Origin: Anaeromyxobacteraceae bacterium
GTDB lineage: Bacteria; Myxococcota; Myxococcia; Myxococcales; Anaeromyxobacteraceae
DNA length: 64,000 nt
Assembly (NCBI GenBank): GCA_047602405.1
Contig: JASGHJ010000002.1
Location: forward strand, 448,001 to 512,000
Direction: 5' to 3'
Part shown: in pieces, positions 1 to 12,288 of the stretch
Layout: the number at the start of each line of letters is the position of its first letter
Position numbering within the stretch: the first letter of the stretch is position 1
Translations under genes and position numbers: made by a program
The notes under the pieces: generated by a model
The model's database searches: none
Seen by the model: the letters and a program-made list of their open reading frames with translations, nothing else
What the model was told of the DNA's origin: nothing

Positions 1-955
<955 letters not shown>

Positions 956-999
956 CGTGTGCTCCTTCTCGGTGTCAGTGAGGCGGTGAGGGCGGCCGG

Positions 1000-1461
1000 C
1001 TACTTGAGGTGACCCACGGAGGCGTGGCAGCGGATGCAGGAGACGCCGCCCCCGTGGGCAACGTTCTCGACGAGATCGGCGTGGCAGTGGCGGCAGTTCG
1101 CCTCGACGACCGCGGAGCTCATGGGCCGCGCGCGGATGACGTCGGGGTAGTTGCCGAGGGTGAACGCCATCGAGTGGTGGTAGCCGTTGATGGCCTTCAC
1201 CACGTACTTCGCCACGAGCGTGTGCGGCGTGTGGCAGTCATTGCAGGTCGCGACGTTGTGGTGCACCGCCGCCTGCCAGCCCTGGTAGTGCCCCTGCATG
1301 ACGTGGCAGTTCGCGCAGGTGGCCGGATCGTTGCCGAGGTAGGAGGAGCCCTTCGCGTAGTGGAACGCGTAGGCGCCGAGCCCCAGCAGGAGGCCTGCCG
1401 TGGCGGCGACGAGCGCCAGGGGCACCGAGAGCAGGGTCATTCCGCGGGTCGTCTTCTTCAT
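1000..1461 (-). CDS. nrfH: Cytochrome c nitrite reductase small subunit NrfH (tetraheme quinol dehydrogenase)
   Basis: TM helix, then CANCH, CNDCH, CRHCH, CIRCH; ends SVGH; start reassigned to ATG 1461. Confidence 0.93.
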   Translation of the reverse strand: MKKTTRGMTLLSVPLALVAATAGLLLGLGAYAFHYAKGSSYLGNDPATCANCHVMQGHYQGWQAAVHHNVATCNDCHTPHTLVAKYVVKAINGYHHSMAFTLGNYPDVIRARPMSSAVVEANCRHCHADLVENVAHGGGVSCIRCHASVGHLK

Positions 1462-1519
1462 GAAGTGGCCTCGTGGGGGGCGTGCGGCTTGGCTGCGTGC
1501 ATCGCGGCGTTTCCCCCGA

Positions 1520-1537
1520 TCGCAAGCCCCGCGCCAG
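1520..1537 (-). promoter_or_regulatory. sigma54 -24/-12 promoter of nrfHA
   Basis: Minus strand CTGGCGCGGGGCTTGCG, GG-N10-GC, about 60 nt upstream of nrfH. Confidence 0.7.
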
Positions 1538-1619
1538 CGACGAAGGGTCGGAGCACCCCTCCAAGACCGCGGAACCACGGCCCGTCGTTCCGGGAGGAGG
1601 CACGTCCATCTTGCCAGGA

Positions 1620-1657
1620 TCGGATGGAGGACGCCGCCTTCGGATGTGCGCATCCGA
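1620..1657. promoter_or_regulatory. Candidate enhancer (UAS) of the nrf promoter
   Basis: Palindrome TCGGATG-TGCG-CATCCGA at 1640-1657 plus a TCGGATG half-site at 1620; motif recurs upstream of nap. Confidence 0.55.
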
Positions 1658-1692
1658 CGGGGAGGCCAGGCGCTCCCTCGGCGGAGGGGCCC

Positions 1693-2484
1693 TCAGCGGC
1701 GCCGCAGCGCGACGAGGGCGGTCGACGGGCAGCGGTCGACGCAGGCCATGCAGGAGGTGCAGCCGTCGAGGCGTCCCAGGGCGCGCGGATCGAGGCCCAG
1801 CGGGCAGGCGTCGCGGCAGGGCGAGGCCGCCGAGCCCGCGCAGCGGCAGGCCTCTGCCTCGAACCGGGGCCCGAAGGTGGCGCGCGTCCGCAGGAGCGCG
1901 ACCGCGGCGCCGGCCGGGCAGAGCACGCGGCAGACGACGCGGCGCGGGCCGAGGACCTCGACGGCGAGGAACACGAGGAGGAGCGCGCCGGTCGCGAAGG
2001 GCAGCGCGCGCGAGGAGAGCGCCTCGAGCGGCAGCGCGGTCGCGAGCCGCGGCGGCGACACCACCGCCGCGAGCGGGACGCCGGCGAGCGCCCCGGCCCC
2101 CAGCAGCCCCAGGAGCCAGGCCAGCCGCGCGCGCGGCCTCGCCGCCGTGGGTCCGGCGGGGCGGCGGGCGCCACGCGCACGCAGCCGGTCGATCCCCTCC
2201 GCGAGCGCGCCCCACGGGCAGAGCCAGCCGCAGTAGACGGGGCCGAGCGCCACCCCGAGCGCGACCGGCGGGAGCACGCCGAGCGCGAGCGCGAGCGGCG
2301 CGCCGCCCGCGGCGAGCAGGGCCCCGAGCGCCGCGGCCGGCTCGACGAGGTCGACGGGGCCGACCCTCAGCGCGACGAGCGTCCCGGTGAGGCGGGGGTC
2401 GGAGAGGAGCGGGAGCGCGAGGTAGAGGAGGGCGACCGCGGCCTGCGCCGCGCGCCGCCAGGGGCCGAAGCGGGCGCGCCTCAC
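1693..2484 (-). CDS. napH: NapH-like membrane polyferredoxin
   Basis: TM helices, YCGWLCPWG, CRVLCPAG, C-terminal CTSCMACVDRCP; GTG overlaps napG stop (GTGA). Confidence 0.88.
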   Translation of the reverse strand: MRRARFGPWRRAAQAAVALLYLALPLLSDPRLTGTLVALRVGPVDLVEPAAALGALLAAGGAPLALALGVLPPVALGVALGPVYCGWLCPWGALAEGIDRLRARGARRPAGPTAARPRARLAWLLGLLGAGALAGVPLAAVVSPPRLATALPLEALSSRALPFATGALLLVFLAVEVLGPRRVVCRVLCPAGAAVALLRTRATFGPRFEAEACRCAGSAASPCRDACPLGLDPRALGRLDGCTSCMACVDRCPSTALVALRRR

Positions 2485-2990
2485 GCGGCCCCCCTCGGCA
2501 CGACGACGATGGCCGCGGGCCCGGCCGGGCAGCGGTGCTCGCACAGGCCGCAGCCCACGCAGCGGTCGGTGACCACCGGGCGCAGCTCGTCGTCCTGCGC
2601 GATGGCCTCGCCCACGAGCGGGCACGCGTCGAGGCAGGTCCGGCACATGACGCCCTGGTGCGCGTAGCAGCGGCCCGGGTCGACGCGCGCGCGGCCCATC
2701 CGCACGTCGCGGGGGGCGCGCACGTCGGCGAGCGCGCCGGTGGGGCAGACCGGCGGGCAGCGCATGCAGAGCCAGCACGGCGCCTCGCGCGCCACGACCT
2801 CGGGCGTGCCCGCCTCGAGCAGGCGCCGCGCGCCCGCCGGGCGGAGCGCCCGGTACGCGCAGACCTCGGCGCAGCGCCCGCAGCGGATGCAGCGCGCCGC
2901 GAAGGCCTCCTCGTCGAGCGCGCCCGGCGGACGGAGCGGGGGCGACGGGAGGCCGAGCAGCCGCGCGAGCCACGCGCGCGCCACCCTCAC
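2481..2990 (-). CDS. napG: NapG-like 4Fe-4S protein
   Basis: LRPPGA motif, CIRCGRCAEVC, CWLCMRCPPVCP, CRTCLDACP, CVGCGLCEHRCP; no obvious Tat signal. Confidence 0.85.
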   Translation of the reverse strand: MRVARAWLARLLGLPSPPLRPPGALDEEAFAARCIRCGRCAEVCAYRALRPAGARRLLEAGTPEVVAREAPCWLCMRCPPVCPTGALADVRAPRDVRMGRARVDPGRCYAHQGVMCRTCLDACPLVGEAIAQDDELRPVVTDRCVGCGLCEHRCPAGPAAIVVVPRGAA

Positions 2991-3229
2991 CCCTCCCGGT
3001 CGTCGCCCACGAACGTCGGGAACACCCCGAGCACCTCGGGGTCCTCCGCGAGGAGGCGCGCGGCGAGGGCCTCGAGGCCCTCGCCGTCCTCCGCCTCCCA
3101 GACGGCGGCGACCCGGCTGTCGCCGTCGCCGCCCGCGAGCGTCATGCCCTCCGCCGTGGCGAGGCGCGCCGCCACCCGCGGGGCGGCGCCCGGGACCGTG
3201 ACGAGGAGGACGCCCGCGACGGTGGTCAT
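2987..3229 (-). CDS. napD: NapD chaperone
   Basis: 80 aa MTTVAGVLLVTVPG..., ATGA overlap with napA stop; size and position fit NapD. Confidence 0.75.
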   Translation of the reverse strand: MTTVAGVLLVTVPGAAPRVAARLATAEGMTLAGGDGDSRVAAVWEAEDGEGLEALAARLLAEDPEVLGVFPTFVGDDREG

Positions 3230-5478
3230 GCCTTCTCCACCTTCACCGCGCAGATCTTGAACTCCGGCTGGCGGGACACCGGGTCCACGGCGTCGATCGT
3301 GAGCAGGTTGCACATGCGATCGGGGTCGTGCATGTGCGCGAACACGAGCCCCTTCCTCGCGGTCGGCGTGACGCGGGTCCGGAACACCACGTTGCCGCGG
3401 CGGGAGGTGACCTTGACCGGGTCGCCCGACTTCACGCCCAGCGCCGCGGCGTCGTCCGGGTGGAGCTCGGCCAGCGTCTCGTAGTTCGCCTGGCGCAGCT
3501 CCCTGCAGTTGCGGGTCATCGTGCCGGTGTGCCAGTGCTCGATGATGCGCCCGGTGGTGAACCAGAGCGGGTACTCGGCGTCCACCACCTCCTCGGGCGC
3601 CTTCTGCGGGCGGAGCCACACCACCGCCTTCCTGTCGGGCCGGCCGTAGAACTGGATCCGGTCGGGCGCGTCGGCGGGGACGAGCGGGTCCTCGCCCTTC
3701 ACGTAGCGGCGGTTCGTACCGGGGTGGCCCTCGGCCGGGAGCGGCCAGAGGAGGCCGGGCGCCGCCTTCAGTCGGTCACGCGTCATGCCGGTGAAGTCGT
3801 AGGCGGTGCCCTTTGCGAGCGCGCGGAGCTCGTCCCAGGCGGCGGCGGGCGTGGCGGGCAGGAGCGCGCCGTGCCCGAGGCGCGCCGCGAGGTCGCGCAG
3901 GATGTCGAAGTCGGGACGGGCCTCGCCGAGCGGCTTCACGGCGCGCTCGAGGAGCTGGTAGCGCCGCTCGCCGCAGCCGTACACGCCCTCCTTCTCCGCC
4001 CAGAGCGCGGCCGGCAGCACCACGTCGGCGAGCTCGCTCGTGCGGGTGGGGTGGAAGGCCTCGGTCACCACCACGAAGGCGCCCTCCTTCTCGAGCGCCT
4101 TGCGGTAGCGGTTGGCGTTGGGGAGGCTCTGGCCCGGGTTCGTGCACATCACCCACATCGCCTTGAGCTTCCCCTCCTCGAGGGCGCGGAACATGTCGAT
4201 CGTCGCGAGCCCGGGCTTCGGGGCGATCGTGCCGGCCGGCACGTTCCAGAGCTTCTCGACCTCGGCGCGGTGCTTCTCGTTCGCGACCTGCCGCCCGTAG
4301 GGCAACAGGTGCGCGAGCGCGCCGCCGTCGCGGACGCCGCCGCACGCGTTCGGCTGGCCGGTGAGCGAGAACGGCGTCGAGCCGGGGAGGCCGATCTTGC
4401 CGGTGACGAGGTGGAGGTTGTGGACGAGGTTGTTCGCCCAGACCCCCTTCGTGCGCTGGTTGAGCCCCATGGTCCACATCGACATCGCGGTGCGGCCCTT
4501 CTCGCCGAACCACCGCGCCGCCTGGACGATGTCCTCGGCCCTGGCGCCGGAGAGCTCCGCGGCCTTCTCCGGGGTGTAGGCCGCGAGGAAGGCCCTGTAG
4601 TCGGCGAGCGCCTTGTTGGCCTCGGTGCCCTCGCCGAACGCGACGTGCCTCGCGATGAACGCCTCGTCGACGAGCCCCTCGGCGAAGAGGACGTTCGCCA
4701 TGGCGTTCAGGATGGCGAGGTCGGTGCCCGGGGTGAAGGAGATGTGCAGGTCGGCGACCCGCGAGGTGGGCGTGCGGCGCGGGTCGAGGACGATGATCTT
4801 CACGTCCTTCCCGGTCTGCTTCCGCTTCACGATCCGGCGGAAGATGATCGGGTGGGCCTCGGAGGTGTTCGACCCGATGAGCAGCATCACGTCGGCGTGG
4901 TCGATGTCCTCGTAGCAGCCCATCGGCTCGTCCTTGCCGTAGGTGCTCACGTAGCCGGCCACCGCGGAGGCCATGCAGAGGCGCGGGTTGCCGTCGACGT
5001 TGTTGGTGCGCAGGCCGGCCTTGAAGAGCTTGTTCGCCGCGTAGGTCTCCTCGGTGAGCCCCTGGCCCGACCCGTAGAAGCCGACCGCGTCGGGGCCGCC
5101 CTCGGCGATCGCGGCCTTGAAGCGCGAGGCGACGAGCGTCATCGCCTCCTCCCAGCTCGCCCGGACGAGCTTCCCGTCCTTGCGCACGAGCGGGTGGGTG
5201 AGGCGGTCCCCCGCGTTCATGATCTGCGGCAGCAGGAAGCCCTTGAGGCACAGGAAGCCGGCGTTGTGGTTCTTCGGGTCGCCCTTCACGGAGACGACCT
5301 TGCCGTCCTTCGCGCCGACGAAGAGGCCGCAGCCGGTGCCGCAGTAGCGGCAGACGCTCTTCGTCCAGGTGAGGCCCTCGGGGTCGGCGGGCGCGGCCTG
5401 CGCGCGCGAGCCGATCGCGACGAGCGCCGAGGCGGCGGCGGAGGCCTTGAGGAAGTCGCGGCGGTTCATGGAGCTCAT
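3226..5478 (-). CDS. napA: Periplasmic nitrate reductase catalytic subunit
   Basis: Tat signal NRRDFLK, CRYCGTGC...LCLKG, RLCMASA, SLTGQPNACG, TGRIIEHWHTGTMT, QPEFKICAV. Confidence 0.96.
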   Translation of the reverse strand: MSSMNRRDFLKASAAASALVAIGSRAQAAPADPEGLTWTKSVCRYCGTGCGLFVGAKDGKVVSVKGDPKNHNAGFLCLKGFLLPQIMNAGDRLTHPLVRKDGKLVRASWEEAMTLVASRFKAAIAEGGPDAVGFYGSGQGLTEETYAANKLFKAGLRTNNVDGNPRLCMASAVAGYVSTYGKDEPMGCYEDIDHADVMLLIGSNTSEAHPIIFRRIVKRKQTGKDVKIIVLDPRRTPTSRVADLHISFTPGTDLAILNAMANVLFAEGLVDEAFIARHVAFGEGTEANKALADYRAFLAAYTPEKAAELSGARAEDIVQAARWFGEKGRTAMSMWTMGLNQRTKGVWANNLVHNLHLVTGKIGLPGSTPFSLTGQPNACGGVRDGGALAHLLPYGRQVANEKHRAEVEKLWNVPAGTIAPKPGLATIDMFRALEEGKLKAMWVMCTNPGQSLPNANRYRKALEKEGAFVVVTEAFHPTRTSELADVVLPAALWAEKEGVYGCGERRYQLLERAVKPLGEARPDFDILRDLAARLGHGALLPATPAAAWDELRALAKGTAYDFTGMTRDRLKAAPGLLWPLPAEGHPGTNRRYVKGEDPLVPADAPDRIQFYGRPDRKAVVWLRPQKAPEEVVDAEYPLWFTTGRIIEHWHTGTMTRNCRELRQANYETLAELHPDDAAALGVKSGDPVKVTSRRGNVVFRTRVTPTARKGLVFAHMHDPDRMCNLLTIDAVDPVSRQPEFKICAVKVEKA

Positions 5479-5491
5479 GGCGTCCTCGGGA

Positions 5492-5842
5492 TCAGCGGTG
5501 CGGGTTGGCGGTGAGGTCGTGCGGTGCGTGGCAGGCGAAGCAGTCCTTCACGGGCTTCTTCGCGAGCGCCTCGGCCTGGGCCGGGTGGCAGGAGCGGCAG
5601 GCCGTCGCGGCGGGCCGCGCCTTGAAGTCGGCGCCGGTCGAGCCGTGGCACGCGACGCACTTCACGAGGGCGAGCCCGTGGGGCGAGCCCTCCCACGCGG
5701 CGAAGACCTTCTCGGTGTCGGTGCGGTGGCAGGTCGCGCACTCCGGCTCGCCCTTCGTGTCGAGGTGGCGCCTCGCTCCGGCCGCGAGGGCCGGGGCGGC
5801 GAACGAGAGGGCGGCGAGCGCGACGAGGATGCGGGATCGCAT
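5492..5842 (-). CDS. Small periplasmic tetraheme cytochrome c (NapM-like)
   Basis: Signal peptide; CATCH, CVACH, CRSCH, CFACH; first gene of the nap operon. Confidence 0.85.
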   Translation of the reverse strand: MRSRILVALAALSFAAPALAAGARRHLDTKGEPECATCHRTDTEKVFAAWEGSPHGLALVKCVACHGSTGADFKARPAATACRSCHPAQAEALAKKPVKDCFACHAPHDLTANPHR

Positions 5843-5873
5843 GGGGCCTCCGGGTGGTGGACCCGAGGAGGCG

Positions 5874-5891
5874 TAGCAACGCGTGCGCCAG
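5874..5891 (-). promoter_or_regulatory. sigma54 promoter of the nap operon
   Basis: Minus strand CTGGCGCACGCGTTGCTA, GG-N10-GC, about 30 nt upstream of ATG 5842. Confidence 0.75.
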
Positions 5892-5942
5892 TCCCCGGGA
5901 GGCGGCGGGACGGGGGGTTACGGTCGGTGGAAGGGGCCGCGG

Positions 5943-5981
5943 TCGGATGCGCGGATCCGGGGCGCGGACCGGGCCATCTGC
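5943..5981. promoter_or_regulatory. Candidate enhancer (UAS) of the nap promoter
   Basis: TCGGATG-CGCG-GATCCGG (5943-5960) and a degenerate GCGGACC-GGGC-CATCTGC 21 bp away. Confidence 0.5.
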
Positions 5982-6007
5982 GGCGGGGTGCCGCGGCGCG
6001 CTCACGC

Positions 6008-6082
6008 ATCGCGATCCCGATCGGGATCCTGGTCCGGATCGCGCTCCGACTACGATTCGCGATCCCGACTCCCGACTCCGGC
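6008..6082. repeat. Degenerate TCCCGA-type low-complexity tract
   Basis: atcgcgatcccgatcgggatcc...cgatcccgactcccgactcc. Confidence 0.5.
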
Positions 6083-6089
6083 CGCCCTC

Positions 6090-7471
<1,382 letters not shown>

Positions 7472-7475
<4 letters not shown>

Positions 7476-8815
7476 GTCGCCACCTCCGCCGCGGGCGCCG
7501 CGAGCCGGCGGAGCGAGAAGCGCAGGGTCGCGACCGTGCCGCCGCCCTCGCGGCGCGCGAGGTCGAAGCGCGCCCGGTGGACGCCCGCCGTCCGCTGCAC
7601 GATCACGAGGCCGAGGCCGGTGCCGTGGGTCTTCGTGGTGACGAACGGCCGCTGGACCTCCTCGAGCTTCTCCTCCGGGATCCCGCAGCCGCGGTCGCGC
7701 ACCTCCACGACCACCTCGCCGGTGCCGCCGTCGGACTCGAAGCGGCAGGCGAGCTCCGGCGGCTCGGCGCCCCCGGCGTCGAGCGCGTTCGCGAGCAGGT
7801 TCACGACCGCCTCGGTCACGAGCGGCGCGTCGAGGTCGAGGGGCGGGACGTTCTTCGCGAGGTCGAGCCGGATGGCGTCGGCGGGGAGGCCGCGCGCGAG
7901 CGCGGCCCGCTGGGCCGCCTCCCGCAGGATCCTGCCCACCGCCGTGGGCGAGTACACGGGCTCGATCGGCCGGGAGAGCCCGAGCAGCTCGGAGATGAAG
8001 CGGTTCACCCGCTCGACCTCCTCCCCGATGAGCGCGGCGTACTCCTTCACGTCCGGATCGTCCGGCAGCCGGCGGGCGAGGTACTGGGCCGCGCCGCCGA
8101 TCGCGTTCAGCGGGTTGCGCAGCTCGTGGGCGATCTGCGCGGACATCTGCCCGAGGCCGGCGAGCCGCTCCGCGTCGAGGAGCCGGGTCTCGAGGTGCCG
8201 CCGCTCGGCGATGTCGCGGATGACCATCACGGTGCCGAGGTACGCGCCGCCGCTCGACCGCACCGGCGCGTAGGTCGTCTCGAAGCGCCCCTCCTTCTCC
8301 TTGATGATGGAGTGGGCCGGCCCCGAGTCGTCCCCGGCCTGCAGCCAGCCCATGACGCGGTCGAGCATCGGCTTCGCTGCCGCGGGGTGGCAGTCGTCGA
8401 GCGCGCCGCCGGGGCCGTCCTTCAGGTTGCGCAGCGACCGGCCCGCCTTGTTGACGAGCGCGATCTGCCGCTGCGCGTCGATGAAGAGGAGGCCGTCGGC
8501 CATCGAGTCGATGACGGCCTGCATGGTCTCGAGCTCGGCCCGGCGGGCCGCCCGCTCGGCCTGGGCCTCCGCGAGGGCCGCCTCGGTCGCCCGGTTGCGC
8601 TCCGCCAGCGCCCGCAGCAGGAGCACGATCGCCAGGGTCGCGATGGCGATGGAGACCGCGGCGACGGTGGCGGTGCGCCAGGCCTCGCCGGCGAGGGCGG
8701 GGTCGAGCAGCGTCACGTCGCGCAGGAACAGGATCGCGGCGACGGTGGTGACGAGCGCGGCGAGCGCCACGAGCGCGAGCGCGAGGCGGGCGCCAGGGCC
8801 GAGGGCGCGGAGCAT
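7472..8815 (-). CDS. Membrane sensor histidine kinase with PAS domain
   Basis: Two TM helices, PAS (SMADGLLFID), AHELRNPL, NLLANA, DRGCG, GTGLGL; start placed 7 nt after TAGGAT. Confidence 0.92.
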
Positions 8816-8939
8816 GCCGCGCATCCTAGACCATGGCTCGCGCTCGGGGGGGCTTCGCCTGCCCGTTTCCGGATCGCGATCCTGCCGATGGGCCAGGGGG
8901 GTATCGACGCGGGCGCTCGCGAAGCGGTACGGTGGCTTC

Positions 8940-9146
8940 ATGGCCCGTAGCCCCGTCATCCCATCGCTGCCCGTGCGGCCCGTGACCTTCGTCGTCGGGA
9001 GCCACGAGATCGTGGTCACCAAGGTCGCGGAGCAGCGCTGGACGGCGGCCATCGACGGGCGGCCCCTGGACGGCTCGCACGCTACGCAGGCCGAGGCCTG
9101 GGAGTCGGGCGTGCGCGCGGCGTCGAAGATCGACGCGGGCGGCTGA
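8940..9146 (+). CDS. Small hypothetical protein (68 aa)
   Basis: MARSPVIPSLPVRPVTFVVGSHEIVV...; GC-rich third positions, fills intergenic gap. Confidence 0.6.
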   Translation: MARSPVIPSLPVRPVTFVVGSHEIVVTKVAEQRWTAAIDGRPLDGSHATQAEAWESGVRAASKIDAGG

Positions 9147-9158
9147 GGCCGGGAGCGG

Positions 9159-10250
9159 TCACCCGGTCAGCCGCTCGCGCAGCCGCGCGGCGACGGCCGG
9201 CAGGTCCTCGCGCCGCTTCACCGGCTCGAACCGCGAGGCCGCGGGCGGCTCGCGCGGCACCTCGAGGTAGGCGGCGGGCAGCGCCGGGCGGCCGTCCGGA
9301 CCGTCGACCGCGGTGATCTCGCCGGCCACCTGCTCGAGCTGGAGCACCTCCTGGCCCTCCACCGTCTTCTCCACGACGCGCCAGGGCAGCTCGACCGGCC
9401 CCGCGAGCACGCGGTCGAGGTCGAGCCACAGGTTGTTGGTCGAGATGAGGGGATGGCCCGCCGGCTCCACCTGCTCGACGAGCCGCACCCGGCCGCCGAG
9501 GCGCACCGGGGCCGCGCCGGCGTCGAGCGCGCCCGCCGGGCTCCGGCGGGCGGTCACCTCGACCGTGAGGGCGGCGCCGAGCGCGAGGTGCGCACCGAGC
9601 GGCACCGGGTCGAGGGTGGCGGCGAGGTTGTCCACGTTCGAGAAGAGCAGCGTCCGGACGCCGCGGGCGCGGAGCGCCTCGCCCACGCCGGAGTCGCGGA
9701 GCGCCCGGAACACGTCGCCGTGGCCGGCGGGCGCGAGCGAGGGGCGCCCGCCGGCGTCGAGCCAGAGCTCGAGCGCGCGGGTGAGGCGCGGCAGGGAGCG
9801 CTGGCGGAACACCAGCACCTCCTCGGCGCCCGCCACCTCGGCGTCGACCGCCTCCTGGGTCGACGCCGACGTCATGATCGCGACGGGGGCCGGCCGGCCC
9901 GCGGCGTCGCCCGCCCGCCGCGCGTCCTCCAGCTTGAGCGCGACGAAGGTCCGGTCCCCGAGGACCGGCACGAGCGCCTTCACCGCCGCGCCGAACCGGG
10001 TCCCGGCCCCGCCCGCGACGACCAGGCTCCCGACCTCGCCCCGGCGGAGCGCCTCCTCTCCGGTCGCCTCCAGCTCCGCCCAGCGCGGCCCGCCCTCGAG
10101 CGGCCACGGCTCCACGTCGCCCGGGCGGAGCGGCTCCTCGACGCCGGGCGGCCGACCGCCCAGCTCGCCCCGTCGCAGCTTGCGCAGCACCCGCTCGAAC
10201 GCCTCGCGCTCGGGCGCCTCCAGCGAGCCCCCCAGGATCGCCTCGTCCAT
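9159..10250 (-). CDS. UDPGP-family sugar-1-phosphate uridylyltransferase
   Basis: AGGAGTRFG...K, PAGHGD, FSNVDNL, QLEQ, RFEPVK motifs. Confidence 0.85.
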   Translation of the reverse strand: MDEAILGGSLEAPEREAFERVLRKLRRGELGGRPPGVEEPLRPGDVEPWPLEGGPRWAELEATGEEALRRGEVGSLVVAGGAGTRFGAAVKALVPVLGDRTFVALKLEDARRAGDAAGRPAPVAIMTSASTQEAVDAEVAGAEEVLVFRQRSLPRLTRALELWLDAGGRPSLAPAGHGDVFRALRDSGVGEALRARGVRTLLFSNVDNLAATLDPVPLGAHLALGAALTVEVTARRSPAGALDAGAAPVRLGGRVRLVEQVEPAGHPLISTNNLWLDLDRVLAGPVELPWRVVEKTVEGQEVLQLEQVAGEITAVDGPDGRPALPAAYLEVPREPPAASRFEPVKRREDLPAVAARLRERLTG

Positions 10251-10320
10251 GCCCGAAGTTGGGGCAGGACGAGGCGGTCAGCAGCCGCCCGACGGGCGCC
10301 CGGCCGGCGGACGCAGGGAC

Positions 10321-10869
10321 CTAGAAGCGGTACGCGAGGCTCGCGAACGGCGCGAGGTTGCCGCGCGTCTCGGACTCGCCGTACGGGCCGCCCGAGGTCA
10401 GCTCGTGGCGCAGCGTGAGGCCCACGTCGAGCGCGCCCCGGCGGAGCGTCGCGCCGACCGCCGAGTAGAAGTGGAAGTCGGTCTGGGTCTCGAGGCCGGC
10501 GTGCCGGAAGTCATAGGTGCGCGTGCCGACGCCCACGCCGGCGAACGGCTTCAGGGTCCACGCGGCGCCGAGCGCGTACGGCAGCTGGCCCTGCAGGCCG
10601 ATGTCCCACTGGAACAGGTCGAGCGCCTCGCCCGCGCTCTTCGTGCCGGCCCAAGCGAGGGAGCCCACGAACGCGACGTTCGGGTGGAAGTCGTAGGTGC
10701 CGACGAGGCCGAGGAGGAGCGCGCGGTCGAGCGACTGGCGCTGGTCGAGGATCGGCAGGTAGGCGCCGACGAGCGGTGCGACCTCGATGCGCGCGGAGGG
10801 CTCCTCGGCGCGGGCAGGGACGGCGGTGAGGACGGCGAGGGCGGCGGCGATGGCGAGGACGTTCTTCAT
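10321..10869 (-). CDS. Small outer-membrane beta-barrel protein
   Basis: Signal peptide MKNVLAIAAALAVLTAVPARA, amphipathic strands, C-terminal LAYRF. Confidence 0.8.
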   Translation of the reverse strand: MKNVLAIAAALAVLTAVPARAEEPSARIEVAPLVGAYLPILDQRQSLDRALLLGLVGTYDFHPNVAFVGSLAWAGTKSAGEALDLFQWDIGLQGQLPYALGAAWTLKPFAGVGVGTRTYDFRHAGLETQTDFHFYSAVGATLRRGALDVGLTLRHELTSGGPYGESETRGNLAPFASLAYRF

Positions 10870-11067
10870 GACGGTGTTCCTTCCGGGGTCGATGGACGGC
10901 ACGGGCCTCACGGATTGCACGCGCCGGGCCGGGCCCGGGGCGCAGGTAACCACCTGGTTACTTTGAACCCGGCCGGACCCCACCGTCAAGGGGTGCGAAC
11001 AGCGCGTTCGGAAGTGCTTACAGGTCCCGGCGGCCGGGGCCCTCGCCGCGGGGTGCGGCGGACCGCC

Positions 11068-12288
11068 CTACGGGCACTCCAGCGGGTCGGGCGCCGCGGC
11101 GAGCGTCGAGGTGCCGTCGGTCGTGCAGGTGACCCCGCAGGGCAGGCAGCTGCCGGCGCCGGGTGACGGGTAGGCGCAGTAGAAGGCGCTCGTCGCGCAG
11201 GCGGTGGGCGCGCAGAACTCGATGGCGGAGGCGGGGCAGAAGCTCACCGACGCGGGGACGAGCCCGGCGGGCGGCGCGAAGCCGGTCGCGCAGACCCCGG
11301 AGGTGCAGGTGCCCGTGCAGGAGCCGTCGAGGCAGGCGCAGTCGGCGGCGCCGGTGCACGCGCGGGCGGCGCGGGTCGCGACGTCGGGCTTCACGAAGTA
11401 GAGGGTGCCGCCGTCGGCCACGAGGTCGGCGATCACCACGAGCTCGAGCCCCGCGCCCGGGCCGTCGAGCGCGGCCGGGCCCTGCGCCTTCACGACGTAG
11501 TGGCCCTCGGGGACGGTGACGTCCACGAGGCCGGTCGAGTCGGCCACCGCGCCCGGCAGGCCGGTGATCGTGACCGCGCCCGCCCCGAGGTCGGCGCCGA
11601 CGCCGCGCACGCGGAGCTGCGCGCGGCCGTTGCCGGCCGCGGCGTGGAGCGTGACCGGGGCGAGGTCGATGACCTTGCCGGCGTCCGCCTCCCCGAGCGC
11701 GAGCACGACCGGCCCGCCCACGAAGTGGCCGAGGACGCCGGCCGTGTCGCCGAGCACGTACAGCTTCAGCCGGTGGTCGCCGGCCGACAGCACCGGGAAC
11801 GAGAACGCGCCGGAGGCGTCGATGCGCGCGGTGGCGCCCGAGACCTCGTCCACCGCCACGCCCCAGCGCCGCACCGCGCCGCCCGCGAGCGGCAGGTCGG
11901 CCTGGCCGGTCACCGCGACCGCCTTCGGGAGCAGCACGTCCCCGAGCGCGAGCCCCTCGAGCTGACCGTCCTTGCCGAACGCGATCTCCACCTCGCGCTC
12001 GGCGGCGAGCGCCGTCCCCCTGCGGAGGAGGACGGTGTGCCGCCCGGTGGGCAGCGGCGAGAGCGAGAACAGCCCGGTCGCGCGCGAGGCCTGGCTGAGC
12101 GCCGCGCCCTTCAGCGTCACGGTCACGCCCGCGGCGGCCCCCGTGGTGCCGTTCCGATCGGCGACCGCGCGGCCGCGGACCTCGCCCGCCGAGAGCGCCT
12201 CGGCGGCGTTCCGGTAGTCGTAGCTGCACGCGCCGAGCGCGAGCGCCGCGGCGACCGCCGCCGCGGCAGGAGCGGGGCCGGAGCGCAT
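11068..12288 (-). CDS. Lipoprotein with carboxypeptidase-regulatory-like beta-sandwiches and Cys-rich tail
   Basis: Lipobox LGAC; ATG overlaps the PEGA gene stop; paralog of 13429-16122. Confidence 0.75.
   Translation of the reverse strand: MRSGPAPAAAAVAAALALGACSYDYRNAAEALSAGEVRGRAVADRNGTTGAAAGVTVTLKGAALSQASRATGLFSLSPLPTGRHTVLLRRGTALAAEREVEIAFGKDGQLEGLALGDVLLPKAVAVTGQADLPLAGGAVRRWGVAVDEVSGATARIDASGAFSFPVLSAGDHRLKLYVLGDTAGVLGHFVGGPVVLALGEADAGKVIDLAPVTLHAAAGNGRAQLRVRGVGADLGAGAVTITGLPGAVADSTGLVDVTVPEGHYVVKAQGPAALDGPGAGLELVVIADLVADGGTLYFVKPDVATRAARACTGAADCACLDGSCTGTCTSGVCATGFAPPAGLVPASVSFCPASAIEFCAPTACATSAFYCAYPSPGAGSCLPCGVTCTTDGTSTLAAAPDPLECP

Noticed and set aside
10916..10931. sigma54 promoter for the beta-barrel gene
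   Set aside because: GG-N10-GC spacing fits but flanking bases are weak; could be chance in GC-rich DNA.
10996..11010. CGAAC-AGCGC-GTTCG as a LexA box
   Set aside because: Spacer is 5 rather than 4 nt and no SOS gene is nearby; unassigned.
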